A DNA stretch of 64,000 bases, taken from assembly GCA_049510215.1 (NCBI GenBank), contig JBEKZD010000011.1, positions 28,151 through 92,150 on the forward strand. The letters are read 5' to 3'. The position numbers were made by a program, and so were the translations under genes. Under the pieces are notes generated by a model. That model saw only the letters and a program-made list of their open reading frames with translations. It did not search any database and was not told where the DNA came from. Origin of the DNA: Verrucomicrobiia bacterium (lineage in GTDB: Bacteria > Verrucomicrobiota > Verrucomicrobiia > Palsa-1439). This document shows, piece by piece, positions 55,090-64,000 of this stretch (positions are counted from its first letter, which is position 1; each line of letters opens with the position of its first letter).

Positions 55090-55463
55090 AGACTCGCGCC
55101 CAAGCTGGTTTCATCCTGTTGGAAGTCCTGTTCGCCACAACCCTCGTCGCAATCGGTCTGTTTGCGATCATCAACTGTCTGGAGCGGTGCGTGGCAGCGG
55201 CGCGCACGGTGCAAAATTACACGATTTCGGAAACGCTGCTGGCCAACCAGTGCTGCGTCTTCCGCGTCGAGCGGCCCACCGATATGCTCGACCAGGAAGG
55301 CGTTTTCGATGACTACCCGGGGTTTTCGTGGACGCGGAAATTCGAGCAAACTGATACCGACGGTCTCTGGCAGCAAATCATCACCGTTTACTGGTACGAA
55401 CGGGGGAGATTGGCAAGCGACTCGGTCGTTGAGTACCGTTACCTGCCCGAGAAAGAGCAGTGA
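55086..55463 (+). CDS. minor pseudopilin (GspI-like)
   Basis: MKTRAQAGFILLEVLFATTLVAIGLFAI; ATGA overlap. Confidence 0.65.
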   Translation: MKTRAQAGFILLEVLFATTLVAIGLFAIINCLERCVAAARTVQNYTISETLLANQCCVFRVERPTDMLDQEGVFDDYPGFSWTRKFEQTDTDGLWQQIITVYWYERGRLASDSVVEYRYLPEKEQ

Positions 55464-56230
55464 ACAGCATGCATCGCATCGTGAAAGACAGGCAAAAGCA
55501 GGGCGCGTTCACTTTGTTGGAAGTGATGCTGGCAGTGACGATTCTCGGACTCGTGATGACGGCGGTGTATGCGACGTGGAGTGCGGCGCTGAGCGGATGG
55601 AAACGCAGCAGCACCATCAGCGCGGCATTTCAACGTGAGCGCGTGGTGATGGACACGCTGACGGAACTGGCGAGTTCAATTGTTTACTTCAACTCGAACA
55701 ATGGCGTGTACGATGTCCAAGGAACGCACGACGATTTGAAAGGCGATACTGTCAGCTTCGTAACGTCCTCCGATGTGTCGTTGCCGCAGACCGAATCCTC
55801 GATCGCGGGCATGCGGCGCGTGACCATTGCTCTGGAGCGCGATGAGCAAGGCAACCCCTTTCTGTCGATCGTGAATACGCCTGCGCTCGAGCCCTCCGAC
55901 ACTTCCTCGGAAGACCAAATCCACGTCCTGTCTGCGAGCGTCTGCGGTTTTCAGGTGCGGTATCGTGACCCGCTGGATGATTCGTGGAAGGACAAATGGG
56001 AAGATGCCCGTGTCATCCCCGCGGCGATCGAGTTCACGGTTGCATTTGGCGGAACCGACGGACAGACGCCGCCCGTCATTGTGACGCGGGCAGTGGACGT
56101 TCCGGTGGCCAGATTTGCCATGCAGACGCAAGGCTTGCAGATGGACCAGCAATCTACGACCAATCAGATCCAACAGCGCAGCATCAATCTCTTGCCGCTG
56201 CCAACGGATACAGGGACTGGCGGGCAATGA
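55460..56230 (+). CDS. minor pseudopilin (GspJ-like)
   Basis: KQGAFTLLEVMLAVTILGLVMTAVY. Confidence 0.65.
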   Translation: MNSMHRIVKDRQKQGAFTLLEVMLAVTILGLVMTAVYATWSAALSGWKRSSTISAAFQRERVVMDTLTELASSIVYFNSNNGVYDVQGTHDDLKGDTVSFVTSSDVSLPQTESSIAGMRRVTIALERDEQGNPFLSIVNTPALEPSDTSSEDQIHVLSASVCGFQVRYRDPLDDSWKDKWEDARVIPAAIEFTVAFGGTDGQTPPVIVTRAVDVPVARFAMQTQGLQMDQQSTTNQIQQRSINLLPLPTDTGTGGQ

Positions 56231-57216
56231 AAAACACGATGGTTGAACGTCGAGACTTGTCGCAGTCGCGTGGTGTCGCGATGGTGATTGTGCTGTGGGT
56301 GATCATGGTTTTGTCCTTGCTGATCAGCGGGTTTGCTTTCACAATGCAGGTTGAAACGCAGGTAGCGTCCTTCAGTCGCAAGGAGCTGAAGGCCGAGATG
56401 CTGGCGCGTTCCGGGATCGAGGTTGCCCGGATGCAATTGATGCTGCACATGACATCGCCGACGGAATCAGGATTTGATGCCCTCAACCAGGACTGGGCCA
56501 CCAACGAGACGCTTTATGTTGACCACGAATTGGGGGACGGCAAGTACAACGTGAAAATCACCGACGAAGAGAGCAAGCTGCCGATCAATCTGCTGTCGCA
56601 GGACCAGTTGAGGCGCCTGATGGATTTGTTGGGCATTGATCCGTCGGACGGCGACGTGATTGTGGACTCGATTCTGGACTGGAGGGAGCCGGGCGATCTG
56701 CATCGATTGAACGGGGCAAAAAGCGACTACTACGAAAGCCTGTCGCCGCCTTACAGCGCGAAGAACGCGCCGTTGGATCGCGTAGAGGAGCTGTTGCTGA
56801 TTCGCGGCGTGACGAAGGAGATTTACGACGGCACGCCTGCGACCGAAGACGAGCCGGCGAGGCCGGGGCTCAAAAACCTGTTCACGACCACGTCGTCGGG
56901 TCAAGTCAACATCAACACCGCGTCGTCCATCGTGTTGCAGACGATTTTGGGACTGGACGACACGCACGTCGCGGCGCTGCTGACTCGTCGTGATGGTCCT
57001 GATGGAGTTCCCGGGACGGAGGACGACCAACCCTTTGGCTCGGTTGGTGAGTTTGGTTCCCAAGTCGCCGGGCCGATCACCGTGAACTCCTCCTACTTCA
57101 CCGTGAAATCGACAGGAGAAGTGGGAGGCGCGAAGCGGACGATCATCGCCGTGCTGTATCGGCAGGGCCTGAATGTGGTGACGGTGACATGGAACGAAGT
57201 GCGCGGTGGCCTATGA
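56227..57216 (+). CDS. GspK-like minor pseudopilin with helix-hairpin-helix segment
   Basis: MKNTM...RGVAMVIVLWVIMVLSLLISGFAF; VNINTASSIVLQTILGLDD (HhH); ATGA overlaps both neighbours. Confidence 0.65.
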   Translation: MKNTMVERRDLSQSRGVAMVIVLWVIMVLSLLISGFAFTMQVETQVASFSRKELKAEMLARSGIEVARMQLMLHMTSPTESGFDALNQDWATNETLYVDHELGDGKYNVKITDEESKLPINLLSQDQLRRLMDLLGIDPSDGDVIVDSILDWREPGDLHRLNGAKSDYYESLSPPYSAKNAPLDRVEELLLIRGVTKEIYDGTPATEDEPARPGLKNLFTTTSSGQVNINTASSIVLQTILGLDDTHVAALLTRRDGPDGVPGTEDDQPFGSVGEFGSQVAGPITVNSSYFTVKSTGEVGGAKRTIIAVLYRQGLNVVTVTWNEVRGGL

Positions 57217-58679
57217 TTTCGTTGCTCAAACGTCGGAAGATTGCGCAGTTTCGCGGCCATCGCGGCTGGGCGGCGATCTTCTTCGGTGAGTCCTCGCTGG
57301 ATCTGACCACCGCTCGCGGCTCGGGTGGCGATGTTAGCGTCGAGAACCAAACCTCTGCGCCGCTTCCACCTGCCGAAGAAACTGCCGATGCGAAATCGCG
57401 CTGGCAAACGGCTGTCCAGGATTTGCGCCAGAAGCTCAACCCACACGAACATCGCATCGTCACCGCAATCAGAGGCGAGGATGTCCTGTGTCAAACGCTG
57501 CGCTTGCCGTCGACGCAGGTGGAAGAGCTCAGGCAAATGTTGGATTTGCAGATCGACAATTTGACGCCGCTCCCGGTTGAAGAAGTGGTTTATAGTTTTG
57601 AGCCGCTGGAGACCACGAACAGTGAAACGTCCGTGTTGGTCGCGGTCGCGCCGAAAACCGCGGTCAACGAACGCGTGGAGGTATTGGAGGCGGCTGGTTT
57701 CCAGCCCGAGGTGGTCGGCGTTGATATCCTGGCCGTGTTCCGCAACTTTCTGAGGAGCCAGTTGCTGCCTACGGACGAGAAGCTGAATGCCTTCGTCCAG
57801 ATCAGTCCCACGGCAGCAAATATCGTCGTGCACACGCACGGGGTCCCTGTCGCGATCCGCTCGGTCGTGTTGGGGGAGGCTTCTCTGGGCAGTGTCGAGA
57901 GTCGGACGGCGTTGCGCGAGGAGCTGCAATGGACGTTGGTCGCTGCCGAAGCGGACCATCCAGATCGCGAAATCGGTCGTGTGACGCTGGCTACGTGGAG
58001 CGAGAACTTGCGGGCCGAGGTGGAGGAACTCGCTCGCGGCTGGAATGGCGAGGCGCAGTGTTACACCAATGGCTCGGCGCCGTCGCCCGCAACGAGCCTG
58101 TGCATTGAAACCGCGGCATCGGATGCCACGCGACTCAATTTGCTTCCAGACGAGTGGCGGCAGCGGCGTCGCGCCGCTCAACGGCGACGACGACTCATCC
58201 TCAGCGGCATCGTTTTGGGAACGATCTATCTGCTGGGGTTGGCCGTGTTCCTGTCGCTGATGAGACTGCAACAATCCCGACTCAATGACGTGAAAGCCAA
58301 GATCGCGCAAAGGCAAACGGCGCTCAACGACGCGCGTGAATTGCAACGGCTGCTGGTGACGACGCAGAAGCAGCTCGACACGAAGTATTCGGCGTTGGAG
58401 ATATTGCGCCAAGTGAGCGACGTGATGCCGGAGAACGTGAAGCTTAACGGATTCACGTTCAAGAAAGACCTGACCGTGGCGCTGAAGGCGCAGGCGCAAT
58501 CGGTCCCGATCGCGAACGATTTCATCAGTCGGCTGGAGCAGTGCACGCTCTTTTCCAAGGTCACGCCCGGACAAATGCGCACGGAACTGCCTGCTGCTGG
58601 CGGCTTGACGAAGTTTGAGGTCACCTGTACTCTCAAATCCGCTTCCCCAGTGCCCGTGGGGTCAACGATATGGCATTGA
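57213..58679 (+). CDS. PilM-like (actin-fold) assembly protein fused to PilN-like domain
   Basis: N-terminal PilM/GspL-like cytoplasmic domain; RLNLLPDEWRQRRR + TM + coiled coil typical of PilN. Confidence 0.6.
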   Translation: MISLLKRRKIAQFRGHRGWAAIFFGESSLDLTTARGSGGDVSVENQTSAPLPPAEETADAKSRWQTAVQDLRQKLNPHEHRIVTAIRGEDVLCQTLRLPSTQVEELRQMLDLQIDNLTPLPVEEVVYSFEPLETTNSETSVLVAVAPKTAVNERVEVLEAAGFQPEVVGVDILAVFRNFLRSQLLPTDEKLNAFVQISPTAANIVVHTHGVPVAIRSVVLGEASLGSVESRTALREELQWTLVAAEADHPDREIGRVTLATWSENLRAEVEELARGWNGEAQCYTNGSAPSPATSLCIETAASDATRLNLLPDEWRQRRRAAQRRRRLILSGIVLGTIYLLGLAVFLSLMRLQQSRLNDVKAKIAQRQTALNDARELQRLLVTTQKQLDTKYSALEILRQVSDVMPENVKLNGFTFKKDLTVALKAQAQSVPIANDFISRLEQCTLFSKVTPGQMRTELPAAGGLTKFEVTCTLKSASPVPVGSTIWH

Positions 58680-59209
58680 ATAAACGAGAAGGAATTTTGC
58701 TGGGCACGATCATCGCCTTGACCGTGGTGGGCGGAAACTACTTGCTGCTGGCGAAGCTCGCAAGCAATTGGCAGACGCTTCGTGGTCAACTGAACACCAG
58801 CCGCAAAGAGTGGAATGGCATCGAGGCTACCATTCAGCTTGCGCCTGGATGGCAAAAGGAGTACGCGCAATTGGGAGCGAGTCTCGGTCAAAAGTCGCAG
58901 ACGTTTCAGCAACCCTCCGACGTGCGGGATAAGCTTGAGAACGTCGCCAGTACCTCGGGTGTCCTCATCAAGGACCGTCGCTTCATGCAGCCGGTCGAGA
59001 AAGATACGTACCGTGAGTTGCCTGTCCAATGCAACTTCGAATCAACCATCGTAACGCTGGTGAAGTTCCTCTACGGTATTCAGACGAGTTCGGGGTTTAT
59101 GAGCGTCGAGGAACTTCAAGTAACTCCGCAGCTCGACAACCCGACCGTCCTTCGCTGCAGTATCAGACTCCAGGCTCTCACTGGCAAATCAGGGAGTCCC
59201 AAGTCGTGA
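58670..59209 (+). CDS. PilO/GspM-like assembly protein
   Basis: single N-terminal TM (ILLGTIIALTVVGGNYLLL), coiled coil, C-terminal ferredoxin-like region. Confidence 0.5.
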   Translation: MALNKREGILLGTIIALTVVGGNYLLLAKLASNWQTLRGQLNTSRKEWNGIEATIQLAPGWQKEYAQLGASLGQKSQTFQQPSDVRDKLENVASTSGVLIKDRRFMQPVEKDTYRELPVQCNFESTIVTLVKFLYGIQTSSGFMSVEELQVTPQLDNPTVLRCSIRLQALTGKSGSPKS

Positions 59210-59721
59210 ACCTGCAGCACCTGCGCACTTTGCTGGGCGTCCTTGTCGCCGCAACCATGATTGCCGCTGGCGTATCTTTAGCAGAAGAGACTCACGATTT
59301 CGCTCGTTACCAGGTCATTGTTGACCGTTCGCCGTTCGGCCCAGTGCCGGGCAGTCAGGCGACGGCGACGGCGCTGCCCAGTTTTGCCACTCGTTTCGCG
59401 CTTGTCGGGATTGTCCAGTCGAATGGGCAGGACGGCGTCGTTCAGGCAATCATTGAGGATAAGGGAAGCCACAACACCTATTTCAAGACCGTAGGCGAGG
59501 CGGTCGACGACGTGAAAGTGCTGCACATCGAAGTGGAGAAGCCGCAGAGCATCGTATTACAGCGCGGGCTTGAAACGGCCACTCTGACTTTCGCAGAACT
59601 TGGCAGCAAAACGCCAACAGCGGCTGCGTCAGCGCCGCAAGCCGGGTCTGCGCTGCAACCCGGACCCGCCGCCCCCGTACCTGTGGGGGTGAGACGGATT
59701 CCATTCCGACGGGGGGATTGA
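59206..59721 (+). CDS. PilP-like periplasmic protein (GTG start)
   Basis: GTGA overlap with previous stop; signal/TM then beta-rich C-terminus; position before secretin. Confidence 0.45.
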   Translation: MNLQHLRTLLGVLVAATMIAAGVSLAEETHDFARYQVIVDRSPFGPVPGSQATATALPSFATRFALVGIVQSNGQDGVVQAIIEDKGSHNTYFKTVGEAVDDVKVLHIEVEKPQSIVLQRGLETATLTFAELGSKTPTAAASAPQAGSALQPGPAAPVPVGVRRIPFRRGD

Positions 59722-62096
59722 TGAGATCGTTGCTTTTCATTGCCGTATTGATTTGTGTCCTGAGTTTGACTGCACCCAGGTTTTCGGTGTCTTCGGCCGG
59801 GGCCGCCGCCGTGGAGACAGCGCCGGCCCGGGATGATAGCCAGCGACATGTTGGTTTTGTCGTTTTTCAGGGCGCACCGGTGCAGGCGGTGCTCGATTAT
59901 TACGCGGCGACGCTGGCCAAACGCTCGATTATCTCCGTCCCCGGTAATCTGCAGGGCGTGATTTTTTTCCGGAGTCAGACCGACCTGACCGTGGAAGAGG
60001 CGAAGTGGGCTTTGGAGACCGCGCTGGCACAGGTTAACGTCGCCATCGTGCCCATGGGTGAGAAGTTCCTCAAGGTGGTCCAGATTAGCACCGCCAGACA
60101 GGAGGGCTTGCCTTTCATCAGCCCCAAGGAGCGCGAGTTGCCCTCTGCCGACATACTGGCCACGCAGATCATCCCGCTTCAATATGCCGATGTCGGTGAT
60201 GTCGTCTCAGCGCTTCAGCCTTACCTGCATCAAGGATATGGACTACTGATGCCGCTCCCGAAATCAAACAGCATCCTGATCACGGAAACCGGCAACAACG
60301 TCAACCTGATGATGGAAATCATCAAGGCGATCGATGTGCCTTCGCCGCTGCGGATGGAAACGAAGGTTTACGTTCTGGCACACGCCAAGGCGGGCGAGGT
60401 CGCCTCGCGCCTGCTGTCGCTCATTCAGGAAGCCCAACAACTTGGTTCACGCGCTGCGGCTGCAGGGCAGCAGCCGGCGCAACCCCAGCCGGTGCGTCCC
60501 ATCGTCCGGCCGCCAACACCAGGTGCGCCCACGACGGGTGGTGCTGCTCCTGCAGCTTCAGGTGCTCCTGCCGGGGAATCACTGATTGAAGGCAAAGTGA
60601 TCATCACCCCTGATGAACGGACGAACAAGCTTTTCGTTCTCAGCCGACCCTCGAATTTCGCTTTTTTCGATAAGATCATCACTGAGCTGGACGCGAAGGT
60701 TGAGCCCGATGTGATCTTGAAAGTGATTAGCCTCAATTATGACACGGCCGAACATGCTGCCTCGCTGGTAAACGCGCTCATCTCAGGCGGGACAGTTGCT
60801 GGAGTACGGCGCCCCACCACAACCGGCACAACCGGCTCAGCGGGCCGATCGAGTGCGGCCCCACCGCCACCGGCGGCCGCAGGCGGTGCTGCTGGAGCGG
60901 CGGTCGAAGGCGGTTTTTTGCAATTTGCAGAAGGCGTCCGGATTTTGCCCGACGAGCGAACGAATTCGCTGCTGGTGATGGCGACCAAGGAGGATATGGC
61001 GCGCATTGAGCAGTTGATCAAGGAAGTGGACACGTCGGTGGCTCAAGTCCAGATCGAAGTGGTGATAGCCGAGGTGACATTGGACAACGAACTGGATGTG
61101 GGCGTGGACGTGTTTAAGCGGCTGTTCAACAACCCATCCTCGATATATCAGACGGGTGGCAATATCACCGACGGCAACACGCCCCTTCCATTATCCGTCT
61201 CGCAAGCGCAATCTCAATTGTACGGGCTCAGCGCCAGCAATCTACTACCCACCGCGTCGTCATTAGCGGGCGGGACGGGTGGTCTCACGTACTTCGCCAC
61301 GTTTCGGAACTTGAACCTCGACGCAGTTCTTCATGCGTTATCGAGCACGTCCAAGGGCAAGGTGCTTTCGACGCCTGTCATCCAGACGATGGACAATCAG
61401 GAAGCGGACATTCTGGTCGGCGAGTCGGTCCCGGTGCCTGTCTCGACGGTTGCCAACGTCGTCAACACCACCGGAGGCACACTTAACACCGGATACGGCT
61501 TGAACTCCAACATCGAGTACAAAGATGTCGCCATCGAGTTGAAGGTGACCCCGCGGATCAATCCTGACGGCTACGTCAGGATGGAAATCGAACAGAAAGT
61601 GAACGATCTTGGCGCCAACGTGAACATCAGTGGCACGACTGTGCCGACCATTACGAAGCGAGAAGCAAAATCGTCGGTCGCGGTCCAAGATCAAAGTACC
61701 ATCGTTCTGGGCGGTTTGATCAAGGAGAACAAAACGGTGACCGAGACGAAGACGCCATTCTTTGGCGACATCCCGTTTTTCGGTCAGATCTTTAAGAGTA
61801 AGACCAGTAACAAGACGCGCAACGAGTTGATCATCTTCATTCGTCCCACGGTGATGCGCACGGATGCGCAGGCGTTTGCCGAGGCGCGCCGGCGCGCCCG
61901 CCTGCTGTCATCATCAAGTGAGTTGGAGCTGGAAAAACAGTTCCTCAGAAATCCGACAAATGCCCCCAGCAGCACGTTGACCAATGACGCTCCTCGGTCC
62001 ATGAATCAGCCAACAGACGGTAGCGCCTCACAGGAGAATGAGCGGCATGCGGCCAAGGTCAAAGCTCTGCAGGAACAGGCCGCGCAATCCAACTGA
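59718..62096 (+). CDS. secretin (GspD/PilQ family)
   Basis: signal peptide; N0-N3-like domains; secretin core VQIEVVIAEV...TPVIQTMDNQEADILVGESVPV...LIIFIRPTV. Confidence 0.9.
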   Translation: MMRSLLFIAVLICVLSLTAPRFSVSSAGAAAVETAPARDDSQRHVGFVVFQGAPVQAVLDYYAATLAKRSIISVPGNLQGVIFFRSQTDLTVEEAKWALETALAQVNVAIVPMGEKFLKVVQISTARQEGLPFISPKERELPSADILATQIIPLQYADVGDVVSALQPYLHQGYGLLMPLPKSNSILITETGNNVNLMMEIIKAIDVPSPLRMETKVYVLAHAKAGEVASRLLSLIQEAQQLGSRAAAAGQQPAQPQPVRPIVRPPTPGAPTTGGAAPAASGAPAGESLIEGKVIITPDERTNKLFVLSRPSNFAFFDKIITELDAKVEPDVILKVISLNYDTAEHAASLVNALISGGTVAGVRRPTTTGTTGSAGRSSAAPPPPAAAGGAAGAAVEGGFLQFAEGVRILPDERTNSLLVMATKEDMARIEQLIKEVDTSVAQVQIEVVIAEVTLDNELDVGVDVFKRLFNNPSSIYQTGGNITDGNTPLPLSVSQAQSQLYGLSASNLLPTASSLAGGTGGLTYFATFRNLNLDAVLHALSSTSKGKVLSTPVIQTMDNQEADILVGESVPVPVSTVANVVNTTGGTLNTGYGLNSNIEYKDVAIELKVTPRINPDGYVRMEIEQKVNDLGANVNISGTTVPTITKREAKSSVAVQDQSTIVLGGLIKENKTVTETKTPFFGDIPFFGQIFKSKTSNKTRNELIIFIRPTVMRTDAQAFAEARRRARLLSSSSELELEKQFLRNPTNAPSSTLTNDAPRSMNQPTDGSASQENERHAAKVKALQEQAAQSN

Positions 62097-62112
62097 CACA
62101 GGAAGACTGCTG

Positions 62113-62454
62113 ATGACCGAGACCGCAGGTTTACAGGGCCAACGAGTGCGGATTGTGCTGCGGCGGTTTCATCCCCAGACTCCCCGCGAGGTCATCCGGG
62201 GGATCATTACGGAGGTGGACCAGTATGGTTTCCGTGTCAGCGGTCGGCGTTTTCACGATGTTGCTGATCTGGAAACATCGCAACCGATTGAGCGGCCTGC
62301 GGAATCAGACACGAAAGTGTATTGGGTGCCCTACAATTCGATTCGCTACAGCGAAATCATTCTCCCCGGCTCGACCTCGGAGCAGGAGGACAACGAGACC
62401 CAGAGACGCAAGCCGCTGATAGCGCAAGAACCCAATCGTCAGTCTTCATCCTGA
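62113..62454 (+). CDS. hypothetical protein
   Basis: 113-aa ORF directly after secretin; no recognisable domain. Confidence 0.4.
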   Translation: MTETAGLQGQRVRIVLRRFHPQTPREVIRGIITEVDQYGFRVSGRRFHDVADLETSQPIERPAESDTKVYWVPYNSIRYSEIILPGSTSEQEDNETQRRKPLIAQEPNRQSSS

Positions 62455-62456
62455 TA

Positions 62457-63365
62457 TTGAGAGTTACCAAGGCCATCGCGATTTACGCCGTCGCTGTCGT
62501 CATTTTGAGCGCCTGGCTTGCGCCGTGGGTTTTTTGGATCATTCAAGGGGCGGGGCAGAACCTCCCCGGAGCGTCGTGGCTGAGCAAACAACCATTCCGC
62601 CGCGTCTTCGACCGCACGATCCTGATTGTGGCAGCAGTGGGTCTGTGGCCGCTACTTCGCGCGCTCGGTATTCATTCGTGGAGTGAGATCGGGTTTCCGT
62701 GCGGAAAGAACTGGTGGCGACAAGTCTTACTCGGAGTTCTGCTCGGCGTCGGTTCGTTTGCATTAGCGGCCGGGATGTTGATCCTTTTGGGTGCACGCAC
62801 GCTGAACTCGAGCGTTCAGGCAAGCACATTCTCGTCGCAACTGCTCAATTTCATCGCGACGGCTATCGTCGTGGCAGTGATCGAAGAAACATACTTTCGG
62901 GGCGGTGTGCAGGGTGCGTTGCAGCGGGGCATGAAGCCGCTGGCAGCCATAGCGCTGACCAGCGCAATCTATTCGGCCGTGCATTTCCTTAAACCGCCGA
63001 GCGCAGACATTCCCACCGAAGCTGTGCGGTGGAACAGTGGCTTCAACTATCTGGTGCGGGTGTTTTCGCAATCGTGGCGAGCCCAAGGTGTCGGGTTGGG
63101 CTTCGTCACGCTGTGGCTCGCGGGGTCGATCCTGGGATTGGCGTTCGCAGAAACAAGGGGACTGTACTTGCCGATTGGATTGCATGCCGGCTGGGTGCTG
63201 ACGTTGAAAAGCTACGCGTTCTGTACCCAGGCGACACTTCCACAGACCGCAGTCTGGTGGGGTGGAGACGCACTGATTGAGAACGCCATGATGTGGCCTG
63301 TGCTCGTGATTCTCTTGGCAATGGTAAACTGGATATGTCGCCACAAACTCGTACCTCTGCGCTGA
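62457..63365 (+). CDS. CPBP family intramembrane metalloprotease (CAAX protease/Abi)
   Basis: VAVIEETYFRGGVQGAL (EExxxR) and AIYSAVHF (FxxxH) motifs; TTG start assumed after upstream stop. Confidence 0.6.
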   Translation: MRVTKAIAIYAVAVVILSAWLAPWVFWIIQGAGQNLPGASWLSKQPFRRVFDRTILIVAAVGLWPLLRALGIHSWSEIGFPCGKNWWRQVLLGVLLGVGSFALAAGMLILLGARTLNSSVQASTFSSQLLNFIATAIVVAVIEETYFRGGVQGALQRGMKPLAAIALTSAIYSAVHFLKPPSADIPTEAVRWNSGFNYLVRVFSQSWRAQGVGLGFVTLWLAGSILGLAFAETRGLYLPIGLHAGWVLTLKSYAFCTQATLPQTAVWWGGDALIENAMMWPVLVILLAMVNWICRHKLVPLR

Positions 63366-64000
63366 TCAGCGCAGTTGCGCCCTGGCTCAGGAGCGCGGTT
63401 GACCTGATCTATCCGCGCAATTGCTTGTTCTGCTCCGAGCCACTGGGGGAAGCGGAGCGCGGTGTGATCTGCTCGTCCTGCCTGGGGAAGGTGAAATTCA
63501 TCGAGCCGCCGTTTTGCGAGCGCTGTGCGCTGCCGTTCGCCGGAGCGGTAACCGAGAGTTTCGTCTGCGGTTACTGCAAGGATTTGAAATTCCACTTCAG
63601 CCGCGCGGTCGCTGCCTGTCGGGCCGAAGGCGTGGTACGCACGAGCATCCACCGGTTCAAGTACAACCGCGAGATGTACTACGGGCCGCATCTGGCTGAC
63701 TGGCTGGTAGGCGGTGCCAGACAATGGATCGATTGGAGTAGGGTGAATGCGATCGTGCCCGTCCCGTTGCATCCGCGCAAGAAACGGATGCGAGAGTTTA
63801 ATCAAGCTGAGTACCTGGCCGTTGCGCTGCACCGCGCGGTTCAAGTCCCGGTCTTGAATCGAAATTTGCGGCGCGTCAAGGAGACGGTCACACAGACGGC
63901 TCTGCACGCGAGGGAGCGGGCCGCAAACTTGCGTGACGCATTTGCTGTCCGCGACGCGGAGGCGCTTGCGGGCAAGCGGCTGGTATTGGTGGACGACGTG
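63335..64000 (+). CDS. ComF/GntX-family phosphoribosyltransferase-domain protein (3' end beyond window)
   Basis: double CxxC zinc finger (CLFCSEP...CSSC; CERCALP...CGYC) then PRTase domain ending LVLVDDV at window edge. Confidence 0.7.
   Translation, partial: MSPQTRTSALISAVAPWLRSAVDLIYPRNCLFCSEPLGEAERGVICSSCLGKVKFIEPPFCERCALPFAGAVTESFVCGYCKDLKFHFSRAVAACRAEGVVRTSIHRFKYNREMYYGPHLADWLVGGARQWIDWSRVNAIVPVPLHPRKKRMREFNQAEYLAVALHRAVQVPVLNRNLRRVKETVTQTALHARERAANLRDAFAVRDAEALAGKRLVLVDDV

Overview
This is a 64 kb high-GC (roughly 60-65%) chromosomal segment that looks like a Verrucomicrobiota/PVC-group bacterium. The markers for that are DUF1559-type prepilins, a PEP-CTERM protein, autotransporter-associated beta-strand repeats, and secretin/GspE/F/G plus PilM-N/O/P genes. 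The conserved backbone is metH, a LeuA/CimA-type synthase, lysC-hom, an aminotransferase, tig-clpP-clpX, hisH-hisA, smpB, an MFS transporter, and ComF-like and CPBP genes. Accessory content sits between the backbone genes. (1) Three secreted proteins (an S53 sedolisin, a C1 papain-like peptidase and a beta-strand-repeat adhesin) share an unnamed C-terminal domain of about 110 aa ending in YYRIRL. (2) A compact type II secretion / type IV pilus-like cassette (short GspE, two GspF paralogs, pseudopilins) is bounded by a duplicated clpX 3' end, and a complete 11-gene system lies at 51-62 kb. (3) A lower-GC defense island carries a NYN nuclease next to a protein with an R-N-x3-H (HEPN-like) motif, a type II MTase/REase pair, and the 5' and 3' remnants of a MmeI-family type IIG gene. 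(4) An NRAMP-related transporter with a non-canonical metal site (Met to Thr, NRMT-like) is followed by a soluble MgtE-N/CBS protein and a 55-aa membrane microprotein. Three families of small palindromic repeats recur, and one copy sits in frame inside metH. Degenerate direct repeats of gene termini (metH, smpB, clpX, an epimerase, the adhesin tail) recur, and the longer ones flank cassette-like insertions. smpB carries a homopolymer frameshift and a UvrD-like helicase is disrupted. No rRNA, tRNA or CRISPR array was recognised.
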